Origin: a virus
Length of the DNA stretch: 64,000 bases
Reading direction: 5' to 3' (one strand)
IMG/VR virus record: IMGVR_UViG_3300049049_000114
The notes under the pieces: model-generated
Database searches by the model: none
Told to the model about the DNA's origin: nothing
The model's input: only the letters and a program-made list of their open reading frames with translations
Program-made: the position numbers and the translations under genes
In this document: one piece after another, positions 19,238 to 28,345 of the stretch
Position numbering within the stretch: position 1 is the stretch's first letter
Layout: each line of letters begins with the position of its first letter

Positions 19238-19495
19238 TCAGGCTGCGCGGAGCGCCAGCGACTGATCGGCGTAGTTGGCGGCCACGATCGCGCGGGCCAG
19301 TGGCGGACAGACGCTGTTTCCGCACATGCGGACCTGGGCGGCCTTCGAGAGCGCGCGGCCATCAGCGCCGCGATCGATCGCGTAGCTGTCAGGGAAGCCC
19401 TGGGCCCGATACAGCTCGCGCGGCTGGAGCATCCGCATGCCGATGTCGGCGATGAGCTCGTGTGCGAGCGGAAGGATGAACTGGCGAGCGGTCAT
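19238..19495 (-). pseudogene. Internally deleted C5-cytosine methyltransferase remnant
   Basis: 85 aa. The N-terminal MTARQFILPLAHELI is joined directly to the C-terminal DIGMRMLQPRELYRAQGFP...CGNSVCPPLA. Catalytic motifs I-VIII are absent. Confidence 0.75.
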
Positions 19496-20114
19496 GCCTT
19501 GGGACCCTTTCGGTACATTGGCTTAAGCGAGCCGTGAGAACTGGCCGCCGGCGCCGCGGCGCCTGGCACGCGTTTGATGAACTCGCGCTTGACTGCCAGC
19601 CGCGTGACGTGTCCCCAGGCCCTTCGATCACTCGGCTCGACCACTTCGCACGCGATGACCTCACGGGCCATTTCGACGCTGAAGGCGCAGGCCTGATTTC
19701 TGGCAAATCGCCGCAGCGCTTCGGTGGCCTCTTCGATCCACCCAGGCGACAGGCGGTCTGCCTTGTCGGCGCAGCGCTCGGCGGCCTCGTGGCCTGCAGC
19801 GCGGGCCGCGTCGAGATCGGGGAAGAAAGTGGCTTGCTTCACGAGGTCACCTCTTGCGGGGTGCGGAGCAGCGCCACCATTTCGTCGACGGCGTCATCGC
19901 CCGGGTCACGCAGAAGGCGCAACTCCTCTTCGTACCAGCCAACGATCCAGTCGCCGCCTGCTACTTCGGGATCGAGAGAAGGTAGCTCTGGGTCGGTGAA
20001 CCAAAGCTCTCCGTCGAACTCGTCGAGCACGAGGACGCAGCCCCGATAGGGCTCATCGCATGCGCGGTTCGGACGGACGACCTGCACCACGTCACCGGGC
20101 TTGAAGCGAGGCAT
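19492..20114 (-). CDS. Two hypothetical proteins (19492-19842, 19839-20114)
   Basis: Coupled ORFs in the cro operon. Confidence 0.6.
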
Positions 20115-20491
20115 TACCGACCTCCTTGGGGCGGATTCCCACCCAACAAAGCGCCGACGCGACGAATACGATCTGCATTCGAGTTGGCCATCGCATCACT
20201 GCCCCAGGCCACGCATTCAACGAGGGTTCTTACGAACTCAGTGAGGGACATTCCATGGCTTGCCGCGATCGCATTCACAACCGCCTTCGTTTCGCTATGA
20301 AGAGGAATCCGGCTGAGCTCGTCGTCAAATTTCCCGCCGGGGGCCGACCGACCGCTCCGGCTGAGAAGGAGCCCATCCTTGACCCCGAAGCCTGGGCCGC
20401 TGATGCCGTCCGACGGGTCTGGGCTCGTGCCGCGCGAGCCGGCGCTGTCGAACTGCTTCTTGTTGCTCGCGGCTTGCTTTGAGGTGGCCAT
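20114..20491 (-). CDS. CII-position regulator with ribbon-helix-helix-like segment
   Basis: IPLHSETKAVVNAIAASHGMSLTEFVRTLVE; immediately downstream of cro. Confidence 0.5.
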   Translation of the reverse strand: MATSKQAASNKKQFDSAGSRGTSPDPSDGISGPGFGVKDGLLLSRSGRSAPGGKFDDELSRIPLHSETKAVVNAIAASHGMSLTEFVRTLVECVAWGSDAMANSNADRIRRVGALLGGNPPQGGR

Positions 20492-20531
20492 GTCAGCGCT
20501 CCGCGATGAAGTCGTGCCGGAGTTCCATCGC

Positions 20532-20819
20532 TCAGGCTCCTTCGAGCGCTGCAGCGCGGCGCGACTTGCGGCTGGCGGGGACCTTGGGTGCCCCCTTGGC
20601 CTTGATCAACTCAGGCCAGATGAGCCACCAGTCCGTAGGCCGGAGGCTCCACAGCCGGACCTGATGGCCGGTGTGTTCCTCGATGGCCCGGCAGTGCCGA
20701 GGCGGCGCCGGTCGATCACCAGAGGCGATCTGGTCGATGTATCCACGGGCAAGCCCGACAGCGCGGGCTAGCTGTGCAGATCGCCCCTTCTCTGCTTTGC
20801 ACCAAGTTTCGAGGTCCAT
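20532..20819 (-). CDS. cro: Cro-like (YdaS-type) HTH repressor
   Basis: GRSAQLARAVGLARGYIDQIASGDRPAPPRHCRAIEEHTG...LRPTDWWLIWPEL; divergent from the cI-like gene. Confidence 0.85.
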   Translation of the reverse strand: MDLETWCKAEKGRSAQLARAVGLARGYIDQIASGDRPAPPRHCRAIEEHTGHQVRLWSLRPTDWWLIWPELIKAKGAPKVPASRKSRRAAALEGA

Positions 20820-20827
20820 CGCCTCAC

Positions 20828-20862
20828 TTTAGCATTGCAAACATTGAGGCGCAAGCATTGCT
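20828..20862 (-). promoter_or_regulatory. Operator/promoter for the cro arm
   Basis: Minus strand reads agcaatgc-TTGCGC-17 nt-TAAAGT. Two AGCA(A/T)TGC quasi-palindromes, one adjoining the -35 and one the -10. Confidence 0.75.
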
Positions 20863-20887
20863 GCGTGCGGGTATTCACACTCCCGGC

Positions 20888-21439
20888 ATGCATATAGGTG
20901 AGCGCATCAAGGCGCTGGTGAACGAGAAGAACGTCAGCGTGAAGGCCCTCGCCATTCACTGCGGCGTGTCGCCTGGAGCTGTCTCGAACTGGTTCCGCAC
21001 TGGCCGCATCACCAAGGAGAACCTGCTGCTAGCGGCTGAGTTCCTGGGCGCCACCGCCGAGGAGATCATTACCGGCATCCCGCCGGACAGAGATCGCCGC
21101 CAAGAGGCGTTTCAGGCCGGCGAGGCGTTGGAGATCATCGCGAGGCTCATCGCGAAGTTGCCGAAGCTGGAGCGCCGCCAGGTTGGCTCGCTGCTGCCAC
21201 TGCTGGCCGAGGAGCCCGAGACCCGCAGGCAGACCTGCGAGGCCATCATGCGGTGGCTGGAGCCGGCCTCGGCCTACGAATACACCTTTTCGTGGGACGA
21301 GGCGGCCGCGGCTGTTGCGGCCGAACTTGGGACGAAGAAAATCACGGCGGGCGAACTGATCGAGTGGGTCGACAGAGCTCGCGCAAAGCCAGTGCAGGCC
21401 GTTCCAGTGGCGGGGCGCAAGACTGGCACTGAGAAGTGA
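20888..21439 (+). CDS. cI: CI-like XRE-family repressor (no S24 peptidase domain seen)
   Basis: IGERIKAL...SVKALAIHCGVSPGAVSNWFRTG HTH; divergent from cro. Confidence 0.82.
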   Translation: MHIGERIKALVNEKNVSVKALAIHCGVSPGAVSNWFRTGRITKENLLLAAEFLGATAEEIITGIPPDRDRRQEAFQAGEALEIIARLIAKLPKLERRQVGSLLPLLAEEPETRRQTCEAIMRWLEPASAYEYTFSWDEAAAAVAAELGTKKITAGELIEWVDRARAKPVQAVPVAGRKTGTEK

Positions 21440-21445
21440 TCAGTT

Positions 21446-21793
21446 ATGCGTACCCGGCTCCTGTTCATCACGGTGGTAACGGCTGCGTCCCTTGTCACGC
21501 TCGTGGCAATTCCCTACGTCGCACCCCATGTAACGCTCATGCTGACGACGGCACTGTCGATTACAACAGTGGTCTTAGCAGTTGTTCAGTGGGGAGACGA
21601 GATGAGAGCGGACGTTAGAGCCGGCCTGCGCGAGTTGCGCAGCGAAGTGGACCATGTCGCGGCCAACGACAGTCGGCCGCCGCCGGTGGTCTTCAGTGGC
21701 CCCGTGAAGACGGTCATCCTGAGCCAGATCATCACGGCGCGAACGGTGCACATTGCCGGCCCGGACGTGATCGACGAAGACGAAGCGGCCTAG
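21446..21793 (+). CDS. Two-TM membrane protein downstream of the repressor
   Basis: Two hydrophobic segments at the N-terminus; starts 6 nt after the cI stop. Confidence 0.6.
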   Translation: MRTRLLFITVVTAASLVTLVAIPYVAPHVTLMLTTALSITTVVLAVVQWGDEMRADVRAGLRELRSEVDHVAANDSRPPPVVFSGPVKTVILSQIITARTVHIAGPDVIDEDEAA

Positions 21794-22065
21794 CGCCGCT
21801 TTTTCATCGCTCGGCAGCGGGCGAGCTCGAGGCGGTCCTTCGCCTTCGCCTCCTCGACGGATTGCCACTGCAGGTTCTGCGGGGCATCGACGCCACCTGC
21901 GCATAGAGGCTCCACGTGATCCGCCACGAACCCGACACAGGCGCCGCGCGTGGCGCCGGTGGCTGGGCATGGGTGCTCACGCATGAACTCCGCGCGCACG
22001 GCCTTGGACCGCGGCGCCGCTGACGCGCACGCGGTCAGCGCCAAGGCCAGCAGCAGCGCCCTCAC
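21790..22065 (-). CDS. HNH-like nuclease with predicted lipoprotein signal
   Basis: GTG start, RALLLALALTAC (lipobox LTAC), then CPATG...C...DHVEPLCAGGVDAPQNLQWQ. Confidence 0.7.
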   Translation of the reverse strand: MRALLLALALTACASAAPRSKAVRAEFMREHPCPATGATRGACVGFVADHVEPLCAGGVDAPQNLQWQSVEEAKAKDRLELARCRAMKKRR

Positions 22066-22337
22066 CTGCACGCGATGAGCATGGTTCGGCTGGCGGTCGG
22101 GATGACCTGGTTGTTGCCGCCGAAGGTGTTCACGATATGGCTGTTGCCGCCGTCCTGGCTCAGCACGTCGAAGCCACGCGCGCCGCACACCTGCCCTGCC
22201 TTCTCCATGCACTGCCCCCACGTGCGCACGGTGCCCGAGCAGTCGATCGAATAGCCCTGCTTGCCGTTGGCCAGGTAGACCGGCTTGGGCGTCGAGCACC
22301 CAGCCAGCATGACGGCGATCAAAACCAGTGCGCGCAT
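22062..22337 (-). CDS. Small lipoprotein
   Basis: MRALVLIAVMLAGC (lipobox LAGC), with three further Cys pairs/singles in a short mature domain. Confidence 0.75.
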   Translation of the reverse strand: MRALVLIAVMLAGCSTPKPVYLANGKQGYSIDCSGTVRTWGQCMEKAGQVCGARGFDVLSQDGGNSHIVNTFGGNNQVIPTASRTMLIACR

Positions 22338-22401
22338 AACCCCTCCCCTATGAGGACGCCAATTTTTCCCTGGTGCGGGTTAGCGCGCATGTCTTTCTGT
22401 T

Positions 22402-22439
22402 AAGCAATGCTTGACATGCGAAGTTTGCATTGCTAAATT
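22402..22439 (+). promoter_or_regulatory. Operator/promoter for the rightward early arm
   Basis: agcaatgc-TTGACA(22411-16)-17 nt-TAAATT(22434-39). Same two operator positions as the cro promoter. Confidence 0.8.
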
Positions 22440-22493
22440 TCGCTTCACCGCACCCAACTGCCCCGCCGGGGCTGGTGCGAAAGGAGCGAAAAC

Positions 22494-22925
22494 ATGCAAG
22501 CAGCCGACATGGCCGACCTCGCCTTCAAGGCAGTGGTCGGCGCCAACCGGGTGTTCACCTCGGAAGTGCAGTGGGTCTGGATCGTCGAAGCGAAGTTTCG
22601 CAAGGTCGACGACGACACGATCGCCAGCGCGATCTACGTTGCCGAAGCTCCGCTGGACCAGCGGCCCGACGCTGAAAAACTGATTCCCGACGGCGCCGAT
22701 CTCATGCGCGACGTGAGTTTCCCCGCCTCGCAGTTCGTCGACATGACGCAGGCCACGCGCGAGCGCTATCGGCCGCACTACCGGGCCTACCTCACCTTCG
22801 TCGTGGCCAAGGCGCGCGGCAAGACGGTCGAGCAACTGGTGCGCGGCGTGGACTACGAACCGGACTCGGTCGATGACCAAGTGGTCGCGTGGTCGCGCGT
22901 CATCCCCAGCCGCCGCGTCCTGTGA
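22494..22925 (+). CDS. First gene of the rightward early operon, hypothetical
   Basis: RBS AAGGAG, 143 aa. Confidence 0.7.
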   Translation: MQAADMADLAFKAVVGANRVFTSEVQWVWIVEAKFRKVDDDTIASAIYVAEAPLDQRPDAEKLIPDGADLMRDVSFPASQFVDMTQATRERYRPHYRAYLTFVVAKARGKTVEQLVRGVDYEPDSVDDQVVAWSRVIPSRRVL

Positions 22926-23895
22926 CCGTCGAGATCCTTGCCGCCATCGCGGCCGGCTCGCCGGGCCTGTGCCCGGAGTGGGCCGCGTGGCAGGCATGGG
23001 ACACGCGCTTCGGCCCCGAGCCGATCGACTTCTGCTGGATGGAGGAGAGACCGCAATGACTGCGACCTACACGCCGCCGGACGACGGCCGTTCTGTGCTG
23101 GAGCGCCGCCAAGACGAGATCGAGGCCGAGCGCTTGGCTGCCGAGTGGCAAGACCACTGGGACGCGATCCGCAAGGGCGAGGAACCCGACCCGCGCGCCG
23201 AGTGGTTCGACGGCCTGGACATGGAGGACTGACCCATGAACCGCCTCGGTGACTTCCGCGCCGGCCGCGTGCTGCTGCACCTGCTGTGCATGGTCCGCGA
23301 CCACGAACTGACTTTCCACGCTGCCGGCATCCGGCGCGAACTGTGGCGGGCCGCATGAGCACGCACAACTACCCGCGCATCAGTGGGCGCAACAAGCTGC
23401 CGACCGTGCCGATGTGCTGCATCTGCGGCAGCGTCGCGACCTGGCGCGTGACGATCCAAGTCACGTGGTTTCGCGGAGAGGACGAAATCCGCGACGTCTG
23501 CGACGAGCACAAGCAAGGCCTCACGCCTGAGGTGCTGGTGCTGGCTGACGGGCAGCGCAAAGGCGGCGCGCGATGACCACCTACCACAAGGTCATCGAGA
23601 TCGCCGACACCGGGCAAGTGTTCGCGAAGGTCTTCTGCAGCGAGGACGGCCGGCGGGTCGGGTTCGCGTACTGGGAGACGAGTTTCGTTGAGGGCTTCAC
23701 CGGGCCGTCGATCGAAAAGATCGAGGCGCGCGCCGATCTCGCCCACAACTGGGCCGACGACTACATGGCGATGTGCCGCCGAAGCGAGCACCTGAAGCCA
23801 TGACCCTCCGCACCCTCCTGACCGCCCTGATCGCCGTGGCCGCTGCCATCGCGATCTCCGCACTCCCCTGCCTTCTCGACGTCTGCCCGAGGTAG
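22922..23895 (+). CDS. Six small coupled ORFs (22922-23059, 23056-23232, 23236-23358, 23355-23576, 23573-23803, 23800-23895)
   Basis: Start/stop overlaps and RBSs; no recognisable family. Confidence 0.5.
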
Positions 23896-23897
23896 CC

Positions 23898-24902
23898 ATG
23901 AGCGAGAACACCAAGATCGAATGGGCAGACCACACGTTCAACCCGTGGGAAGGCTGCCAGAAGGTCGGACCCGGCTGCGACCACTGCTACGCCGAGGCGC
24001 GCAACAGCCGCTTCAATGGCGGCAAGCCGATCAACTGGGGCCCGGGCGCACCGCGCCGACTGACCAGCGAAGGCAACTGGCGCCTTCCGCTGAAGTGGAA
24101 CGCCCAGGCCGAGCGCGAGGGCCGGCGCTTCCGCGTCTTCTGCGCCTCGCTGGCCGACGTGTTCGACAACGAAGCTCCCTATCTGTGGCGCGTTGACCTG
24201 TTCCGCCTGATCGCCGACACGCCGCACCTTGACTGGTTGCTGCTGACGAAGCGCATCGCCAATGCGCGCGACATGATCGAAGAGGCGGTCGACGACAACA
24301 GCCTGCCCGCATGGCCGTGGCCCAACGTCTGGATTGGCGCGACCGTCGTCAATCAAGAAGAGGTCGACCGCGACATCCCGAAGCTGCTGCGCGTGCCGGC
24401 GCGCCTGCACTTCCTCTCTATCGAGCCGATGCTGGGGCCGATCAGCCTGCGCCGGTTCATGGGTCAGGGCTTCGGTCCGGCTCCGATGTGGGTCATCGCC
24501 GGCGGCGAGAGCGGCCCGAAGGCGCGGCCCTCGCACCCCGACTGGTTTCGCTCGCTGCGTGACCAGTGCGCAGCAGTTCGCGTGCCCTTCCTGTTCAAGC
24601 AACACGGTGAGTGGCTGTCTGTCAGTCAGATGGACAACGAGTTCATGAGCCATCTCTACAAGCCGAACCGCGTAGCCAAGCCGCACGAGGACCAGGGCAG
24701 CCTGAACGACTGCTACGGGCGGCGCTGCCTCGTGCCACAGGCGGTGATCCAGGCTGATGGCACGGTGGTCGAAGCCTTGTCACCGATGGCCTTCCGGCAG
24801 GGCCTTGGTTCCATGCTGACCTTCAAGGTCGGCAAGAAGGCCGCCGGCCGCCTGCTGGACGGCGTCGAACACAACGGATTCCCGGAGGCTGTATGTCCCT
24901 GA
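23898..24902 (+). CDS. DUF5131/phage Gp37-Gp68 family (radical-SAM-like) protein
   Basis: TKIEWADHTFNPWEGCQKVGPGCDHCYAE, VFCASLADVFD, LLLTKR, WVIAGGESG, FLFKQHG. Confidence 0.88.
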   Translation: MSENTKIEWADHTFNPWEGCQKVGPGCDHCYAEARNSRFNGGKPINWGPGAPRRLTSEGNWRLPLKWNAQAEREGRRFRVFCASLADVFDNEAPYLWRVDLFRLIADTPHLDWLLLTKRIANARDMIEEAVDDNSLPAWPWPNVWIGATVVNQEEVDRDIPKLLRVPARLHFLSIEPMLGPISLRRFMGQGFGPAPMWVIAGGESGPKARPSHPDWFRSLRDQCAAVRVPFLFKQHGEWLSVSQMDNEFMSHLYKPNRVAKPHEDQGSLNDCYGRRCLVPQAVIQADGTVVEALSPMAFRQGLGSMLTFKVGKKAAGRLLDGVEHNGFPEAVCP

Positions 24903-25273
24903 TGTTCTCCACGTCCAACCACCTGCACGACCGCGACCTGCTGCTGTCGGACCAGGACCGCCAGCGCATCGCCGAGGAGCGCCGCGCCGCCCTCATCGTG
25001 GTCACCAGCCACGGCGACATCCCGCTCGAGGTGGCCAGGGATCTCGCCATCGCCGAGGCCATGGCCAGCAGCCACGGCATGGGCTGCATGGAAGGTGCGC
25101 TTCTGGACCAGATGGACCTCGCGATGACCGCCGGGCTCACCTGCGCGGACATCGACATCGACTTCGAGCCCGCACCGCTGCTGCCCGCCTGGGTGGGTCG
25201 GCTGGCGGACCGCATCACCAATCTCGGCCGCGCGCTGTTGGACTACCTGCGCCAGCCGAGCCCCTTCGACTGA
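24893..25273 (+). CDS. Hypothetical protein
   Basis: ORF between DUF5131 and erf. Confidence 0.55.
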   Translation: MSLMFSTSNHLHDRDLLLSDQDRQRIAEERRAALIVVTSHGDIPLEVARDLAIAEAMASSHGMGCMEGALLDQMDLAMTAGLTCADIDIDFEPAPLLPAWVGRLADRITNLGRALLDYLRQPSPFD

Positions 25274-25286
25274 ACTGGAGCAAGGC

Positions 25287-26192
25287 ATGCAAGAAACCCT
25301 GTTGGACGAGGCGCGCACCGCTGCGCCGGTCCTTGACCTCGAGCTCGAACCGAAGACTGCCAGCCTGCCAGCCGTGGCAGCTCAGCGCCAGCCCGCCCAA
25401 GCCGCCCAGGCGGACCCGTGGGCGATGCTGAACAACGCCATCCAGAAGGGCTACGAGCCGGCCATGATCGAAAAGCTCATGGCGCTGGCCGAGCGCATGG
25501 AGCAGATGACGGAGCGCGAGCGCTTGCGCCAGCGCGAACTCGCCCAGGCCCGGGACTTCGCCGCGTTCACCGGCGAGAACATCATCATCCCGAAGACCAA
25601 GACGGTGAACCGCGCCGGCGCCGGCAGCTTCGAGCAAGCCGAGTTCGACAAGGTGATGGGGATGATCAAGCCGGCCCTGTCGCGGCACGGCTTCGGCATC
25701 CGGCACGACCAGGAGTTCGGTGCCTACCGCAACAGCGCCGGCGCGGAAGTCGCGGGGTCCGATGGCATGCCCATTCCGTGGGTCTACGTCACCTGCTTTC
25801 TCAAGCATCGCGACGGCCACATGGAGACCTTGACCCTCAACGGCCCACCGGGCGACCTGCACGGCAACACGCTGGTCCAGAACCAGCAAGCGACCGCCAG
25901 CTACCTCAAGCGCCAGTCCGCCCTCGCCATCACCGGCACGCCGACGGCCGAGGAGGACAACGAAGAGAAGCTGGTGCGCAAGAAGGCCGACGGCGAGAAG
26001 CAAAGCGAATTCGAGTCGCTGTTGCAGGCCGGTCGCGCCGCCGCCGTCGGTGGCACTGCCTCGCTGACCACCTGGTGGGCCGGCACCACGCCCAAGCAGA
26101 AGAACCTGATGGGTCGCGAGTACCTGAAGCTCAAGAAGGATGCGGCCGCCGCCGACCGCCCCATCGACCACATGCAGGAGCAACGCAAGTGA
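25287..26192 (+). CDS. erf: ERF-family single-strand annealing protein
   Basis: IKPALSRHGF...VTCFLKHRDGH...QATASYLKRQSALAITG. Confidence 0.8.
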   Translation: MQETLLDEARTAAPVLDLELEPKTASLPAVAAQRQPAQAAQADPWAMLNNAIQKGYEPAMIEKLMALAERMEQMTERERLRQRELAQARDFAAFTGENIIIPKTKTVNRAGAGSFEQAEFDKVMGMIKPALSRHGFGIRHDQEFGAYRNSAGAEVAGSDGMPIPWVYVTCFLKHRDGHMETLTLNGPPGDLHGNTLVQNQQATASYLKRQSALAITGTPTAEEDNEEKLVRKKADGEKQSEFESLLQAGRAAAVGGTASLTTWWAGTTPKQKNLMGREYLKLKKDAAAADRPIDHMQEQRK

Positions 26193-27037
26193 GCGAATTC
26201 CTCATCCGCTGCTCGGCACTCGGCCGCCTCATGGCCAAGCCCGAGAACGCCGACCTCGATCCCGACTACGTGACGCCCGAGGTGGCGGCCATCATCGCCA
26301 AGACCAAGCGCACCGACGCGGAGAAGGCCTTGCTCGATGCGGTGCGCCGCAAGAGCCTGTCCGCCGGCGGCAGGACCTGCGTGCGGGAACTGCTGCGCGA
26401 GGACATCTACGGCTACCAGCCGAGCCAACTGCTCACCAAGCCCGTGCTGAAGGGCCAGGCCGTGGAAGAGCCGTTGTGCCTTCCCATGCTGGCCCGCCTG
26501 ACTGGGCGGCCCCTGGTGAAGAACACCGAGCGCCGCAACAACGGGTTGATCTCTGGCGAGTGCGACGTCTTCGACGCCCCGATTCGGCATGGCCGCGACA
26601 TCAAGGCGCCCTACTCGATGGAGACGATGCCCATTGTCGTGGCCGATGCCTACGACTCTGGCTACGAGTGGCAGATGCGCGGCTACATGATGCTGTGGGA
26701 TGCCGAGTCCTGGAGTGTCGACTACCTGCTGGTCAACACGCCGGAGGAACTGATCGGCCCACTGGAGTCGCCGGCCGTGCACGTCGTCGACCACATCCCC
26801 GAGGCGCATCGGTGGACTTCGTGGCTGGTGACGCGCGACCGAGCGCTCGAGGACCTGATCGCCGACAAGGTCGCCGCTGCCCGGAAGTACTGGCGCCAGG
26901 CGCTCAACGAGTTCGACCGCACGCACCGCCTGCCTGGCGATGACATCCCGGTCGTGCGCCGCGCGCCTGAGCCCGTGGCCGCCTCTGCGCCGGTGAAGAC
27001 CGCCGGCCCGGTGGACATCCCGGAAACCATCTTCTGA
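26189..27037 (+). CDS. YqaJ/lambda-exonuclease-like protein
   Basis: GTG start; IRCSALG, KGQAVEE, SGECD, DIKAPYS, YEWQMRGYMML. Confidence 0.8.
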   Translation: MSEFLIRCSALGRLMAKPENADLDPDYVTPEVAAIIAKTKRTDAEKALLDAVRRKSLSAGGRTCVRELLREDIYGYQPSQLLTKPVLKGQAVEEPLCLPMLARLTGRPLVKNTERRNNGLISGECDVFDAPIRHGRDIKAPYSMETMPIVVADAYDSGYEWQMRGYMMLWDAESWSVDYLLVNTPEELIGPLESPAVHVVDHIPEAHRWTSWLVTRDRALEDLIADKVAAARKYWRQALNEFDRTHRLPGDDIPVVRRAPEPVAASAPVKTAGPVDIPETIF

Positions 27038-27045
27038 GGCCCGCC

Positions 27046-28320
27046 ATGAACGCCATCACCACCGACCCGGTCTCCCGCGCCATGCGGGAGTCCATGCAGG
27101 AGCCCCCGCGCTCTACCGCCGTTGCCACGATCAAGGGCGTCGCCCTGGCCAAGGTCCGCGCCTGCGAGCCCACCCTGCTGGCTCTGGCCGAGCGCTACCG
27201 CGACGTGGTCTACGACCTGACCACCACCAAGGGCCTGGCCGAAGCGAAGGCAGCCCGCCACGACCTGCGCGAGAACGGCCGCTACGCCGTGCAGCGCGCC
27301 GAGCAGGCAGTGAAGGACGAGGCCAACGCGGTAAAGAAGGAGATTGCTCCCGAGGCCGAGCGGCTGATTGCCATCGTCAAGCCGACCGAGGATGCACTGG
27401 ACGCGCTCATCACGGCACGAGAGGCGGCGATTGAGGCCGAGAAGGAAGTCAAGCGCCAAGCCGAGGCTGCGCGAGTCGAGAAGCATCGCGAGGCGATCGC
27501 CAAGATTCGAGCCTTCGTCGACCACGCCAAGGGCCTGCCAGCCAGCCGCATCCAACTCGGCATCGAAAAGCTCACCGGCATGGTCTTCGGCGAGGCGTGC
27601 GAGGAGTTCAAGGCCGAGTACGAGACCGCCCTGACCGAGACCATCTGCGCGCTGCAGCGCATGCACACCGAGACGCTGGCCAGCGAGCAGGAGCAGGCCC
27701 GGCTTGCCGCGCAGAAGGCCGAGCAGGAGCGCGTCGCCGCCGAGCTGGCCGAGCAGAAGCGGCTGCTCGACGAGCAGGCGGCCGAACTGAAGCGCCAGCA
27801 GGATGAACTGGCAGCCGCCGCCGCACTCATCAACGCTGTGCCGGTGCCCACCGAAGGCCGGATGGTCTGGGATGTCGAGCAACAGCGCATGTACGGCCCG
27901 AACACCAGCGCCCAGCAGGAAGCCGGGCAGGCAGCAACCCAGGGGACAGCGGCGAACCCCAGCCCTTGCCAGGCGCAAACCGCTTTGCCGGGACCGGACC
28001 ACGCAGCCGATGCCGAACGGGCCATGAACGCGCCACGACTTCGGAGGGAGGCGGCTGCGGCAGCCGAGGACGTGCCCATCGAAACCAGCGAGGCCGACGC
28101 GCGCCCCTGGTCGCCCAGCGACGGCTACATCGACGCCGAGCCGCCGCCCGCCGGTACCGACCTTGAACTGGCCTCCATCGCGCTGCTAGCGCACCTGGAC
28201 ACCGAGCTCAACGGCAAGTGGCCGACGCACCCGAAGCCCTCGCAAGAGTGGTGGCAGGACCTGCGCAAGAAGGCCCGCGCTGTCGAAGCGGTGATCAACG
28301 ACGAAGTGCTGCCGGGCTGA
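27046..28320 (+). CDS. Long coiled-coil phage protein
   Basis: 424 aa, E/A/K/Q-rich heptads; follows the exonuclease. Confidence 0.7.
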   Translation: MNAITTDPVSRAMRESMQEPPRSTAVATIKGVALAKVRACEPTLLALAERYRDVVYDLTTTKGLAEAKAARHDLRENGRYAVQRAEQAVKDEANAVKKEIAPEAERLIAIVKPTEDALDALITAREAAIEAEKEVKRQAEAARVEKHREAIAKIRAFVDHAKGLPASRIQLGIEKLTGMVFGEACEEFKAEYETALTETICALQRMHTETLASEQEQARLAAQKAEQERVAAELAEQKRLLDEQAAELKRQQDELAAAAALINAVPVPTEGRMVWDVEQQRMYGPNTSAQQEAGQAATQGTAANPSPCQAQTALPGPDHAADAERAMNAPRLRREAAAAAEDVPIETSEADARPWSPSDGYIDAEPPPAGTDLELASIALLAHLDTELNGKWPTHPKPSQEWWQDLRKKARAVEAVINDEVLPG

Positions 28321-28345
28321 CCGGCCAACCTGGAGGAGATCCGCC

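Noticed and set aside
23898-24902. DUF5131 as part of a DNA hypermodification system
   Set aside because: No recognisable partner or modification-pathway genes nearby; it is a common orphan in temperate phages.
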